Source: an uncultured Thermoplasmata archaeon (GTDB lineage: Archaea > Thermoplasmatota > Thermoplasmata > Lutacidiplasmatales > UBA184). From it: a stretch of 64,000 nucleotides of DNA. Made by a program: the position numbers and the translations under genes. Location: assembly GCA_963719635.1 (NCBI GenBank), contig CAVRCS010000003.1:7910-71909 (forward strand). The letters run 5' to 3'. Positions 18,054 to 29,216 of this stretch are shown in pieces (positions within the stretch are counted from its first letter, which is position 1; every line of letters starts with the position of its first letter). Under the pieces are notes generated by a model. That model was not told where the DNA came from and did no database searches. It was given only the letters and a program-made list of their open reading frames with translations.

Positions 18054-18340
18054 GCAGACTTTCGACATCGCTTCCGAGGATGCCTGGGGCGCGGAACTCG
18101 CCGTCGCGGAGCGGTGGCAGCAGCAGGATCTGCGGGGGTGTGCAACTGAGTTGACCACCATGCACGCCGAGCTCCGTCCCAAGAACCGCCCGGGTACGCG
18201 CCACGGCAACCTCGAACCGTCTGACCTACCGCGGGACGGCCGCTAATCGGAGGGGCAAACCGCGCCGAGGCCGCGGGAAGCCTCATTACCGCCCCGCCGT
18301 CCGGAGGGGCCTCGCTCCACCGCGCGGGGAAGTGCCCACC

Positions 18341-21337
18341 ATGGACCATGCGACAACCGCCCGTTCGTACGTCGTAGCCCGCAAGGCGTTCGCCATGCTC
18401 CTGGTCGGCGGGATCCTTCTGAGCGGACTGAGCCTGGCCAGCGCCGGATCGCATGTCCTTGCGCAGGGTGGCTCCCAAGCGGGCCCAGCGGGCACCTCGG
18501 CCGCCGAACGCGGCGACGGAGCAGCTGCCGGGTCCCTGTCGCCTACCCAGACCTTGGGGCGAGACAACTACCGAACATCGGCCGACGCCCAGACACCCGC
18601 TGTCCGGAGTCCGATGGTCAGCGATACCCTGGTGCTGTTGAACGACACGTTGGTGCCCGGAAACTTCCTTGCGCCCAACGGCGTGTCCCCCCGCGCGGTC
18701 GTCTACGACCCCGCCAAGGCAGAGGTATTCGTCGGAAACCTCGAGTCGGATTCGGTCAGCGTGATCTCGGACGCCACCAACTCGGTCGTCGCCACGATTC
18801 CGGTCGGCTCTGGGGTGGGAGGGCTCGTCTACGACAGTGGCAAGGCGGAGGTCTTCGTCGCCGACACCGACACCAACAATGTGAGCGTTATCGCGGACTC
18901 CAACAATACGATCGTAGCTACTGTCCACGTCAGCGCGGAGCCGATGGCGATGGCGTACGACAACCACACCGGCCAGGTCTTCGTAGCGAACTATGGCGGG
19001 CAAACCGTGAGCGTAATCTCCGACGGCAACAACACGGTGGTCGCAAGCGTGCACCTTGGCGACTTCCCGTCGGGGGTTGCGTTCGACTACCGCACGGACG
19101 ACGTCTGGGCCTCCTACTCCAATCTCTCCTCGGGCTACCTGGGGGACGCGGCGGTGATCGCTGACTCGACTGACAAGGTCCTGTTGGTCGTCGCGGCGGG
19201 TACGTTCGCGGGGGCGATCGCCTACGACGGGGCGAAGAACGAGCTGTTCGTGGCGAATTTCGGATCCGGCAATGTCTCCGTTCTGAGGGGGTCGGCCTAC
19301 ACCCCCGACGTGAGCATCGGGGTCGGGGGTAGCCCGGCCGGAATCGCCTACGATCCGGGGTCGGGAGAGCTGTTCGTCACCAACTCCGGATCGAACTCTG
19401 TGAGCGTGATCTCCGATTCCCTCAATGATGTAGTGACGACCGTCGCCGTGGGCAGTGAACCGCTGGGGATCTCCTATGATCCGGCCGCGGCAGCGGCCTA
19501 CGTCGCGAACTCCGTCACGAACAATGTGAGCGTCCTCTCGTCTCTCAGCGACTCGGTTTCCACGACCGTTCCCCTTGGGACGAGCCCGGATGGGCTCGTG
19601 TACGACCGGGGCCAGGCGGAGGTCTTCGCCTCCGATTGGGGGGCAAACACTGTCGACGTCATCTCAGACCAGACGAACAAGATCGTCGGGACCGTCAAGG
19701 TGGGGTCGGGGCCGCTCGGCGAGGCGTATGATCCCCGGATGGGAGAGGTGTTCGTAGCGGACTCGGGCTCGTCGGCCGTGAGCGTGATCGACGACAGCAC
19801 CAACACGGTCGCGGCCACCGTCCATGTGGGAAGCACCCCCGAGTCGGTCGCGTACGACGCGGGGACCCGTCAGATCTTTGTCTCCAGCTACGGTGCGGAC
19901 GATGTGAGCGTGATCTCGGCGGCGACCGACACCCTGGTCACGACCATTGCGGTTGGGGGCCAGCCGGGAAGCATCGCCTACGACGCAGCGGCCGGCGTAG
20001 TGTTCGTCGCCAACACCGGTTCGGACAACATCAGCGTCGTCTCCGACACGTCGGATACCGTAGTCACCACAATCACCAATACCGGAGGCTACGCCCTGGC
20101 GTACGACGGGCCCCAGGACGAGCTTTTCGTCGCAAATCACGGCTCGAGCAACGTGACGGTTCGGTCGGCGGCCAGCGGCGATTCTATCGCGAACGTCAGC
20201 GTAGGCAGCGGTCCGGATGCCCTGACGTACGATGAAGCGACGGGCGAGGTACTCGAGGTTAACTCTGGCTCCGGCAACCTTAGCGTGCTCTCCTACGCGT
20301 CGAACGCTGTCCTCGCGACGGTGGACGTCGGCGCCTTGCCGGATTCGGTAGCGGTCGACACGGGCACAGGCGAGGTCTACGTGGCCAACTACGGTCAGGG
20401 CACGATCTCTATCGTCGCTCCCGGCAGCCCGGTCCCCAACCTCGTCCAGTTCACCGAAACGGGGCTTCCTTCGGGGTCAGGGTGGGCCGTGACGTTGAAC
20501 AGTACGCTCCTCGCGTCCGACTCCTCTACCGTCAACTTTTCCGAGCCGAACGGGAGCTACGCGTACTCCGTGGCCTCGCTGGCCGGGTACGTCCCGGTGG
20601 TCCCCGCAGGGTCGGTCTCCGTGGCGAGCGCCTCAGCCCTGGTCGCAGTCGTCTTTGTTCACGTCTATCTCGTGAACCTTACGGAATCGGGGCTCGCGGC
20701 AGGGACGAACTGGTCGGTGACGTTCACGGGAAGTTCCTCGGCCATCATCCTTGCGAGCCAGTCGGTGACCCGCTGGTCGGACGACCGCTCCACCGTGGCA
20801 TTCGAGGTCTCGAACGGAAGCTACTCGTACACGGTGGGCTCCGCGAACGCGAGCTTCGCGGCGCCGCCCGGGATGCTGGTCGTGAATGGGAGGAACCTGT
20901 CGGCCGCCGTTGCCTTTTCGCTGGTGACGTACCGGGTGACGTTTACCGGAAGCGGACTTGCCTCTGGAACGGAGTGGTGGATCAACATCTCGGGTCAGGC
21001 TCCGCTCGAGTCGTCGACGACGTCGATTATCGTCTCCCTTCCGAACGGGAGCTACCACTACACGGTCGCCGCCTCCACCAAGGGGTACACAGCCGCGGCC
21101 GGCGAGCTCACGGTTTCAGGGGGCTCGGTCTCTCGTTTGGTCGCGTTCAGCCCGCTCGGGGGGGCCGGTCGGGCTGGAACGCCGACGCTGCTCGGCCTCC
21201 CTCCGACCACCGCCTATCTCCTGGTCGGGGCGGTCGGGGTCGTCGTCGCGGCGGGCGCGGGAGTGGCCCTGTATCTTTGGCGGAAGCGCGCTAGGGGCCC
21301 TCCACCCGCGAGCTCGACCCCGGACGCCAAGGCGTAG
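18341..21337 (+). CDS. Giant surface protein: 14 YVTN propeller repeats + 3 GLP-modules + C-terminal TM anchor
   Basis: 14 tandem YVTN-like repeats, then three roughly 90-aa modules (FTETGLPSGSGWAVTLNS..PNGSYAY; LTESGLAAGTNWSVTF..SNGSYSY; FTGSGLASGTEWWINI..PNGSYHY), a TM helix, WRKRAR and a Pro-rich tail. N-terminal signal/anchor. Confidence 0.8.
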   Translation: MDHATTARSYVVARKAFAMLLVGGILLSGLSLASAGSHVLAQGGSQAGPAGTSAAERGDGAAAGSLSPTQTLGRDNYRTSADAQTPAVRSPMVSDTLVLLNDTLVPGNFLAPNGVSPRAVVYDPAKAEVFVGNLESDSVSVISDATNSVVATIPVGSGVGGLVYDSGKAEVFVADTDTNNVSVIADSNNTIVATVHVSAEPMAMAYDNHTGQVFVANYGGQTVSVISDGNNTVVASVHLGDFPSGVAFDYRTDDVWASYSNLSSGYLGDAAVIADSTDKVLLVVAAGTFAGAIAYDGAKNELFVANFGSGNVSVLRGSAYTPDVSIGVGGSPAGIAYDPGSGELFVTNSGSNSVSVISDSLNDVVTTVAVGSEPLGISYDPAAAAAYVANSVTNNVSVLSSLSDSVSTTVPLGTSPDGLVYDRGQAEVFASDWGANTVDVISDQTNKIVGTVKVGSGPLGEAYDPRMGEVFVADSGSSAVSVIDDSTNTVAATVHVGSTPESVAYDAGTRQIFVSSYGADDVSVISAATDTLVTTIAVGGQPGSIAYDAAAGVVFVANTGSDNISVVSDTSDTVVTTITNTGGYALAYDGPQDELFVANHGSSNVTVRSAASGDSIANVSVGSGPDALTYDEATGEVLEVNSGSGNLSVLSYASNAVLATVDVGALPDSVAVDTGTGEVYVANYGQGTISIVAPGSPVPNLVQFTETGLPSGSGWAVTLNSTLLASDSSTVNFSEPNGSYAYSVASLAGYVPVVPAGSVSVASASALVAVVFVHVYLVNLTESGLAAGTNWSVTFTGSSSAIILASQSVTRWSDDRSTVAFEVSNGSYSYTVGSANASFAAPPGMLVVNGRNLSAAVAFSLVTYRVTFTGSGLASGTEWWINISGQAPLESSTTSIIVSLPNGSYHYTVAASTKGYTAAAGELTVSGGSVSRLVAFSPLGGAGRAGTPTLLGLPPTTAYLLVGAVGVVVAAGAGVALYLWRKRARGPPPASSTPDAKA

Positions 21338-21444
21338 ATCGCGAGGGCGTCTCTCGTGGCGGCTCGGGTGCACCGCGGGCCGAGGGGAGAGCGATGGACC
21401 GGCTCGAGTGCGGGACGGCCCCCACGGCTCCGAGGACCCTACCG

Positions 21445-22137
21445 ATGAACCGCCGTGCGATCTTCCTCGACTTCGGGGGCACGCTGTGCGAGACCCGCGC
21501 CAGCCTCCTGCCGTTCTTCCGCGAGGCGGCCCGCCGAGCGCACGTTGAGTTACCCTGGGACGACTACCTCCGTGCCAACGACGAGGCCTGGAACGAACTG
21601 TGGCCCGAAGCGCCGCAGTTGGTCGGTCAGATCCCCGCATTCGCGGACCGGGTGCACGAGCGGGCGCTGCGCCGGATCGGCTTTGCCGGCCCTACCGACC
21701 GCCTCGTAGAGTACATCCGAGAGGAGGCAACGTCCGCACACTCGCACCGGCCGTTCCCGGAGGTCGAGTCGACCTTGCGTGCCCTTCGAGCTGCCGGGCT
21801 GCCGCTCCACGTGATCTCCGGCCACGTTGATTATCTTCCCGTTATCCTTGCGAACCTCGGCTGGTCGGAGCTGTTCGAGACCGTCACGTTCTCCCAGCAG
21901 GTCGGTGCCCAAAAGCCGGACCCGCGGGTCTTTCGCTACGCGCTCTCGCGCGCCGGCGCTGAGCCCGGTGACTCGGTGTACGTGGGGGACTCTTGGGAGG
22001 CCGACGTCGTCGGGGCGGCGGGGGTGGGGATGACCGCAATCTGGCTCAACCGCACCGACGAGCCGGCGCCGGGCCCCTGCCGTCAGATCCGGTCGCTCGC
22101 CGAACTCCCGCCCCTCCTGGCCGGCCTGCCGCCCTAA
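21445..22137 (+). CDS. HAD-superfamily hydrolase (subfamily IA-like)
   Basis: AIFLDFGGTL (DxDxT-type motif I), ISGH (motif II), KPDPRVF, VYVGDSWEADVVGAAGVGM (motifs III/IV). Confidence 0.8.
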   Translation: MNRRAIFLDFGGTLCETRASLLPFFREAARRAHVELPWDDYLRANDEAWNELWPEAPQLVGQIPAFADRVHERALRRIGFAGPTDRLVEYIREEATSAHSHRPFPEVESTLRALRAAGLPLHVISGHVDYLPVILANLGWSELFETVTFSQQVGAQKPDPRVFRYALSRAGAEPGDSVYVGDSWEADVVGAAGVGMTAIWLNRTDEPAPGPCRQIRSLAELPPLLAGLPP

Positions 22138-22500
22138 TCCCTCCTGCGCTCCCGGCATTCCCGGGTGCGAACGTGACGCCGACCGCGGCGTCGGGACCCC
22201 GTGTGCCGCTCCCCCCCGGAGAAAGGAGCACCCCGACGCGGTCAGCCGAGGGTCGAGGTGACGCTCGGGACGAGACATCGGGCGGGGGTGCGCGCCGGCG
22301 ATCGGGGGGCCGCTCTCCGGGGCTCGCTGGGGGCGGCGAGAGCCGCGCCGACCGGCTAGGGCGAATTCAGCCAGGCCAGACTCTCGACCCTTCAGGTCGA
22401 TGCCGGCCAGGCTCAGGGAACCCACGGGGACACGCCACACCTGTCCAGCGCACCCTCCGTCGCCGACACGATAACAACCGGACTCCGTTCCGGACCCCGA

Positions 22501-23937
22501 ATGACGCGAATCCCACGTCCCCGGTCTGCCGATTCGTCACGTGCCGAACGCCGGCTACTCCAACCCGGGAGCTCCTCGACGAGTTGGGCGACTGCGCTGG
22601 CTGTCGTCGGGGCTCTTGCCGTCCTAGTTCTGGCTTCCAGCGCGCTGGGTCTCCTCTCCAGTCCTAGGCTCGAGGGAGGACTGTCGCGATCTGAGGGTCT
22701 GTCCTTGGGGACGTTCGAGGGATATCTCCCCGCGATGGGGGGGATCTCACGGGCGCTAGGACCAGTCGCCCTGGACAGAGCCGGGCCACTAGCTCTGCTT
22801 GAAGTAGATCTGGCAGGGGCGCACGTCTACGCCGGAGAGTACGTCAGCGGAAACCCGCAAGCGGACGGGGACTTCGGTTTCTCGGTCGGCATCAGCGGGT
22901 CGACAATGGTCGTGGGGGCGCCGGGGGACAACGTCTCGGGGGCAGACGGTGCCGGCCCTGTCTACGTGTTCGACACCAAGACGGGGGTGTTGCGGCAGAC
23001 CCTCACCTCACCGAACCCGCAGGTCCACGGTGACTTCGGGTTCGCCGTCGCGGTGTATGGCAAGCTGATTGTGGTCGCGGCGCCCGGGGAGTCGGAGGAT
23101 TCGGCGCTCCAAGCGGGCCACGTCTACGTCTTCGACGCAACGACCGGCTCGCTTCTTGCGACCCTTTCCAGCCCTGCGACACGCTCCTCAGGGTACTTCG
23201 GCTACTCCGTGGCGCTGTTCGGCAAGACCCTGCTCGTCGGGGCTCCGGGGGAGAACTACAGCGGACTCTACGAGTCCGGGAACGCGTACGCCTTTACGGC
23301 GTCGTCAGGTGTCCTGGTGGCGACCCTCCACACCCCGAACCCCCGCTCCGAGGGGTTCTTCAGCTACTCGGTGGCGACTTCTAGAGCGCTCTTCGTGGTC
23401 GCGGCACCCCAAGAGAACGCGTCGGGAGTGGGCGCTGCCGGCAACGTCTACACCTTCAGCGCCAAGACCCACGTGCTGGGATTGACGTTGAGCAGCCCGA
23501 ACATCGAGACCGACGGGCTGTTCGGAGCTTCCGTCGCGGTCAGCGGCAACGTGCTCGTCGTGGGAGCCTTGGGGGAGACCGCCGACGGAGCGACCCTCGC
23601 CGGGCACGCGTACGTGATCAACGCCAAGACCGGCGTTCTCTCGTTCACCCTGCAGTCAGCGGTCCCCCAAATGGCTGGTGAGTTTGGGGCCAGCGTTGCT
23701 ATTGGTGGGAAGTCCATCGTCGTCGGGGCACCGGATGAGACCTCGAACGGGATCTCCGGGGGAGGGAACGCCTACCTCTACTCCGCCACAACCGGCGTCC
23801 CGGGTGGCTCGTATAGCAGTCCGAACCCCGGTGAGTACGGCGACTTCGGCTCCAGCGTCGCCGTCGGCAAGTCCTCGTTCGGCGTCGGGGCACCGTTCGC
23901 GCCGGCGTTCAACCTGACGAGCGCTGGACAGACCTAG
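22501..23937 (+). CDS. FG-GAP-like repeat surface protein, 7 blades
   Basis: Seven FG(F/Y/A)SVA..G...VVGAP...G.(V/A)YVF repeats. N-terminal TM (WATALAVVGALAVLVLASSAL). Confidence 0.75.
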   Translation: MTRIPRPRSADSSRAERRLLQPGSSSTSWATALAVVGALAVLVLASSALGLLSSPRLEGGLSRSEGLSLGTFEGYLPAMGGISRALGPVALDRAGPLALLEVDLAGAHVYAGEYVSGNPQADGDFGFSVGISGSTMVVGAPGDNVSGADGAGPVYVFDTKTGVLRQTLTSPNPQVHGDFGFAVAVYGKLIVVAAPGESEDSALQAGHVYVFDATTGSLLATLSSPATRSSGYFGYSVALFGKTLLVGAPGENYSGLYESGNAYAFTASSGVLVATLHTPNPRSEGFFSYSVATSRALFVVAAPQENASGVGAAGNVYTFSAKTHVLGLTLSSPNIETDGLFGASVAVSGNVLVVGALGETADGATLAGHAYVINAKTGVLSFTLQSAVPQMAGEFGASVAIGGKSIVVGAPDETSNGISGGGNAYLYSATTGVPGGSYSSPNPGEYGDFGSSVAVGKSSFGVGAPFAPAFNLTSAGQT

Positions 23938-24207
23938 CTCTACTGACCTTGGCCAGGAGAGTGGCTGGGGGCGGTCCGCGCGTGCCAGGCCGACCGCGCG
24001 AGCTGGGAGGCCGACGGTCCGGTTGACCTGAGAGGTCAAACCGCCCCCGGCCCCTAGCTGCACGGTCCGGCCGCTCGCAGCGCTTCGGCCGCCGCTGGAC
24101 GGCCCCAGCCGCTCGCGTTCCCCGGGATAGCAACGGAGCCGTGCTCGCCAGTGGACGCCCGCAGCTGGGTCCCCCGGCAGGGCAGCCGGCTTCGCGGGGA
24201 GAGTTGG

Positions 24208-25146
24208 CTACGTCCCCCTCAGGGGGTACGGCGCGTTCTGTTTGGCCCACGCGGTAAGTTCCGCCAGCGTGAACGGGTCGTGACGCCGAGCCCACCAGAA
24301 CACGGCGCCGCAGAGGTTCATGACCGCCGCGAGGCCCATCTCGTAGAACCCGGCGCCACCCCCCCACCTGTTCAGTTCACCCTGAGAGCCCTCTCCGTGG
24401 CCCCAGAACGCGGTCCAGCCCTGGACCCCGCCCGAGAGCGTGGTGCAGATGGTGTTCGCTTGGGATCCCACCCCGGCGTCGCTGACGAAAACGAGGAGTC
24501 CGAGGGTCCCGACCCCGACGGCGATCGAGAGGCCCGTGACCAGAGCGAGTTGGCCCCGACCGTACGAGACGACAAGCCCCCCGAGCGTCGCCAGGACCGT
24601 GATGGCCAGAGTGGCGGAGAGCAGCCCCAACTCGACCACGGAGAGGCGGGCGTAGAGGGCCCCCACCGCGCCGGTCATCCGCGTCGGCATCCCCGCGCAC
24701 GGAGAGGACTTCACCTGGGAGGAGGTCAGCTTGTGGTCCACGCAACTGATCGATCCCCCCAGGTTGTAGGTCGCCTGGGCGTAGTGCGCGTCGGACGGGG
24801 TGCCGCTCCCGGCGTAGAGCTCCTGGACGAACCACATAGGTCCACCGACGGCAGCGATCAGGGAGACGGTGGCGATGCCGAACAGGAATATCCCGACGAC
24901 CCGCTTCCGGCTGCCCGGGTGGATCGGTAGGGCCCACCCGCGGGGGAGCCTTCGATCCGGCAACGCTGCGGTCGCTGCCCCCGTAGCCGTCAAGGTAGGC
25001 CCACCCGTCGCCAGGGCCGGGGCGCCTCCTGCTGGCACGCCGGCGGCCTCGGCATGCTGGTCGGAGAAACAGCTCTGCCTACAGGAAGGGAGCCGCGCGG
25101 CGATACGGGGCGAGGTCCGTCGCGCCGACCGGTGCGTTGCGCGCAC
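24208..25146 (-). CDS. Multi-pass membrane protein, unknown function (start uncertain)
   Basis: Four hydrophobic helices (VVGIFLFGIATVSLIAAVGG, LGLLSATLAITVLATLGGLVV, LVTGLSIAVGVGTLGLLVFV, MGLAAVMNLCGAVFWW) and high GC3. The first roughly 50 codons of the ORF are probably not translated (TTG at 24993 is possible). Confidence 0.45.
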   Translation of the reverse strand: MRATHRSARRTSPRIAARLPSCRQSCFSDQHAEAAGVPAGGAPALATGGPTLTATGAATAALPDRRLPRGWALPIHPGSRKRVVGIFLFGIATVSLIAAVGGPMWFVQELYAGSGTPSDAHYAQATYNLGGSISCVDHKLTSSQVKSSPCAGMPTRMTGAVGALYARLSVVELGLLSATLAITVLATLGGLVVSYGRGQLALVTGLSIAVGVGTLGLLVFVSDAGVGSQANTICTTLSGGVQGWTAFWGHGEGSQGELNRWGGGAGFYEMGLAAVMNLCGAVFWWARRHDPFTLAELTAWAKQNAPYPLRGT

Positions 25147-25166
25147 CGCCTCTGCCGCGGGGCCGG

Positions 25167-26031
25167 TCAGCGTCCCACGAGGTCCAGGGGAACCAAGTAC
25201 GCACGCGCTTCGCCGTCAAGCCTCGCTGCACGGCGCACCTCCCCGCCGACCGATACCTCGTCGCTCCATCGCTGCACTGCGGCCTCTCCTGCCGGCGTGA
25301 GGGCGAACTCACCGGTCGCGGGGTCGACCTTGATGACGTTGCGTCGGACCGCGTTGGCGAAGGCTGGCAAGAGTACCGGGGGGAGCTCGCACGCCCGCCG
25401 GAACACGAACAGCTGGAGGAGCCGCACCACGGGATGCCGATCCTCGGAGAGGGCCACGTGGGAGTGGGAGCCGCCCAACTCACGCAGGAGGCGGGGGGCT
25501 TCGCCGGGGGGTACCGCACGAAGGTCATAAGGGCAGAGGAACCGGGAGCGGTCCCTTGGCTGGCTCTCGAACCACTCCTCGGTACTCCAGGTGCTCGTCG
25601 ACATTCCCCGGATGCAGGCTGCGGCTCAGCGTCTCTCCGGCGGCCGTCACCCCCTTCGGGTGCTGCTCCACGAACTCACGCACCTCCCGTACGGGTCGCA
25701 ATCTGCCCTCGACCTCCTCGACCTGGGCATGCGGAAGGATCGCGACGCATCCGACCTGCTCGGGGGCGCGGTCGGAGATCCGGTCCACCCGCAGCTCCGC
25801 AGACTCTTCGTCCGGGACCCAGTACGCGGCCGCCTGCCACTCGGTCGTGCCCGCGAGGAAGTCGCCGGCGTGGCGGGCGGCCTCCTCTGCGCTTGCGTGC
25901 AGGCTCAGCCCGTGGGAGCCGACCGGGAGCTGCGCGAGGTTCTCGACCAGTTCCGGCATGGGTCCGGGAAAATCTTCCGGTTCATCCTCTAAATACTCTT
26001 GTCTTGCGATCGCCGTCGCACCCCGCCGCAT
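25167..26031 (-). pseudogene. MEDS-like sensory-domain protein, split by a 1-nt frameshift near 25582
   Basis: ORF A (26031-25525) reads ...SHGLSLHASAEEAARHAGDFLAGTTEWQAAAYWV...AAGETLS...VDEHLEY. ORF B (25604-25167) reads ...EEWFESQPRDRSRFLCPYDL...SHSHV. Removing one C (tac-C-gag) joins them as HLEYEEWFESQ. The MEDS assignment is from memory of the family pattern. Confidence 0.45.
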
Positions 26032-26078
26032 CTCACGATACGGAACCGCCGCCGCGGCCTCCGTGAGGAGGGAGCGGC

Positions 26079-27584
26079 TCACTCCTGCAGGGCTGCGAGG
26101 AGCGTCCCTCCCTTCGGGGACCCGAGCCCGGCGCACGGGTTCCACCCTGCATGGGCCGAGTATCCGCCGTTTCCCCCGCTCGTGATCGCTCGGAGTCCGT
26201 TGGCGCTCGACGGGGCGTACAGGATCGGATTGGCGTACCCCATCGGTCTCCCGAGCGCCTGTTCCAGTCTCGCCAACAGTGCGGCCCACAACGGGGCTGC
26301 CGCGCTCGTTCCGCCGATCACCGCGGGCGCCCCGTCCACCACGACGGCATACCCGGTCTCGGGGTCCGCGTCGGCCGCGACGTCCGGCACTCCCCGGCCC
26401 ACGAAGCCGTTCGGTGCCGCCGGCACGCTCGCGGCGGACTGGTAGCTCGGCAGGGGAAAATCTTCGCTGACCCCGCCCCCGGTGGCCCCCTCACCAGCCG
26501 AAAGGTCGTCCCACACAACTTCGGACGCGACCTTCGCGCCGGAGAGCGTAAGGCGCGTTCCCCCGCAGCCGAGGACGTAAGGGCTGGACGCGGGAAAGTC
26601 GACGGCGAGCGTTCCGGCCGGCTCTCCGTCCGTCGCTCCCTGGTCACCCGAAGCCGCCAGGATCGTTACGCCGAGGGCAGCCGCATCCTGCGCCGCGCCT
26701 TCCAGGGCGGTCCGGGCCGACGGCGACCAGGTCGGCTCCGGCCCGCCCCAGCTGATCGACACGACGGAAGGGTGGTGCATCTCGTCGTGGATCGCGGTCG
26801 TCAGGGCGTCGACGAACCCCTGTTCGGTGTTCGGGGCGAAGTAGGCGACGATCGAGGCGTCGGGAGCGAGAGCCCCGGCCATCTCGATGTCGAGCTCCAC
26901 TTCAGCGTCCGGCCCCCTCGGGTCCCCCGTGGGATCGTTCTGGGCGCCGTCGACCCCCACGCTGGTGACGGAGGGGACCGGCCGCCCCAGGCCCTCGAAG
27001 TAGGACGCGAGGTCCGCGGAGCGATATCCGCCGCCAAATTCCAGCAGGCCGACGCAGACGCCTCGCCCGGTAGCGGAAGCCGGGAATCCGTACGCCTCTC
27101 CGACCGTGGGAATGGAGTACCCTGACGCGGCCGTCCGGGGGTTCAGGCGAAAGTGCGGTCGCAGCATCGGGCGGTTGGTCAGGCCGAAGATCCCCGCGAC
27201 CGTTGACCGCAACTCGTCAGGAGGACCCCAGGCCCGGCTCGGTTCGCGATACGACCTGCCTGCGATCTCGACCGTCCGGGACTCAAAGGAGAGAGCCTGT
27301 TCCAGGGCGGGGAGGAGTCCTTCCACCGAGACGGACCGGCGTGCCCGGTCGACCGAACCCACACGCAGCCCGCGCTGCTCCGCCCAACGGCGTACGGCCT
27401 CCACGTCCGACGGCGTCGCTCCGTAGCGCTCCACGAACTCGGGTCGGGTCAGATACGTTCGGTCTCGAAGTCGCGGCTTGCTCCAAGATCCCCCTTGAGG
27501 GAGTTGCCCGTGCCACCGGCCGCGGCTCAGAACTACCGTGAGGGAGATCGGCGTACGTTCCGCTCTACCGGCACTGCCACCCAT
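26079..27584 (-). CDS. Sedolisin (peptidase S53, pro-kumamolisin-like)
   Basis: Pro-domain (RPEFVERYGATPSDVEAVRRWAEQRGL), then GVCVGLLEFGGG, SISWGGPE, ASGDQGATD and GGTSAAAPLWAALLA (catalytic Ser context). Confidence 0.85.
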   Translation of the reverse strand: MGGSAGRAERTPISLTVVLSRGRWHGQLPQGGSWSKPRLRDRTYLTRPEFVERYGATPSDVEAVRRWAEQRGLRVGSVDRARRSVSVEGLLPALEQALSFESRTVEIAGRSYREPSRAWGPPDELRSTVAGIFGLTNRPMLRPHFRLNPRTAASGYSIPTVGEAYGFPASATGRGVCVGLLEFGGGYRSADLASYFEGLGRPVPSVTSVGVDGAQNDPTGDPRGPDAEVELDIEMAGALAPDASIVAYFAPNTEQGFVDALTTAIHDEMHHPSVVSISWGGPEPTWSPSARTALEGAAQDAAALGVTILAASGDQGATDGEPAGTLAVDFPASSPYVLGCGGTRLTLSGAKVASEVVWDDLSAGEGATGGGVSEDFPLPSYQSAASVPAAPNGFVGRGVPDVAADADPETGYAVVVDGAPAVIGGTSAAAPLWAALLARLEQALGRPMGYANPILYAPSSANGLRAITSGGNGGYSAHAGWNPCAGLGSPKGGTLLAALQE

Positions 27585-27668
27585 CGGTCCCTCCGACGGT
27601 ATCCATCGCCCCGTCTGCTATAGCGGGTCGTCCGGGGCGGCAACCCGCCGAGCCCTCCCGCGGGCGAC

Positions 27669-29216
27669 TCAGTACCCCCAGGACTCAAGCCGGGAGTCGA
27701 CCTTCGCCCCGGGGTCGATCGAGCCCTCGAAGGTGCGTCCCGCCGCGTACCGCAGCACGCGATGGAGCTCCTCGAGCTCTCCGGACGGCGTCACCTCGCG
27801 GGGGTGCTCCGCGGACGGGTCGCGGTCAAAGTCGGTGAGCGTGCACCGGCCCGAGGCGACGTCGAGCGACAGCTTGTGGGGGCCTTTGTACGCCGTGATC
27901 GTCAGCCGGTCCAGCAGCTCCAACCGCGCCTTCGACATGAACGGGCGAATCAGCCCTCCGACGCCGTCCGCGATCGTGACGACCGGCTCCCTCAGGCTGC
28001 CGGCGTCGTCTCCGCCTTCGACCACCGCCGTCGAGCGGCCCTCGGCGACGGCGTGGACGATCTCCTCGAGCGCCCCCCGGACCGACGCGAGGGAGACCCA
28101 GTCGTTCTTGGGAAGGGGAACCGTGACGCCGGGCGGGGCCGGACCCACAGCGGGACCCGTACCAGCGGCTCGGCGGTCCGCAGCCCGTGGAGGAGTACCC
28201 CGTCGTCGCCCAGGGCTTGGCCGTGGTCGCTCGTGAGCACGAAGAGCGACCGGTCCCACCGCCCGGCGTTCCGGAGAGCCCCCACGAGGTCCCGGATCCT
28301 CCGGTTCAGCGCGGGGAACGTGAGACAGGTACAGTCGGCGCAGGTTGGAGAGCTGGCCCTCGGATGGGACCCAGGCGCCGCTCGCCCACCCCCGTGCGTC
28401 CTGACGGGTCGGGGCGAGGCCGCCTCGTCGGGAGTCGGCGGCCTCCCCGTTCTCCTTCAGACCCAGGTACGGCTCATGGCTCTCCATGTAGTTGAGGAAC
28501 ACGAACACGGGAGTCTCCGGCGGGACCGTGGCGAGCCAGCGGGAAAGCTCGTCGTCGATCCACCCTGCCACCGAGCGTCCCTCCAACCCCTGGTCGTGCG
28601 GCGCGAGAAGCTCCCCGAACTTGCCCGGGAGGGTCGGCCAGCGGCTCGCGTACGTCCAGACGGGCTCATGCAGCCCGTAGTAGATCAGTCGAGCCGGATG
28701 CGCCGTACGGCGGAGCTGGGCTCGCCACTGGAGGTCCGAGCCCCGCGTCGGGGGCCCATGGAAGCCGCGGAGGAGCCAGTCCTGCTTCCCGCCAGAACAC
28801 CACTCCTGGAAGCCACGCTGGAGCCCGGTAACCGGGCCGATGTAGTCGTTGGCCGCGAAGCAGGCGGTGCGGTAGCCGAACTGCGCCAGCGACTCCGCGA
28901 GCGTCGAGATCCCCGAGGGGAGACGGCGCTCCCCCCGCAGGTGCAGGTGGTGCTCCCAGAGGGGCCGGCCCGTGAAGAGGCTCGCGTGGGACGGTGCGGT
29001 CCAGGGAGCCGCGGAGATCGCCTTGGGGTGGACCCAACAGTCGGCCCGGAGCGCGTCCAGGTCCGCTTGGCCGCCCGCCGGACGGGCGCCTCCCGAGAGC
29101 ACATCTCGACGGGTCGTGTCGGTGACGACCAGGAAGACGTCCGGCGGACGCCCTGTCGTGCCACCGCTTGGCCCCTGGCTCACGGCCCGACCTCCCCGAC
29201 GCTGGGCAGAGAGCAC
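27669..29216 (-). pseudogene. Sulfatase-like (alkaline-phosphatase superfamily) enzyme with two compensating frameshifts
   Basis: N-terminal VFLVVTDTTRRD / APWTAPSHASLFTG. The conserved LFVLTSDHGQALGDDGVLLHG...RVPLWV block is in a different frame (ORF 27992-28285). Shifts at about 28325 and about 28130 return to the main frame. Confidence 0.7.
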
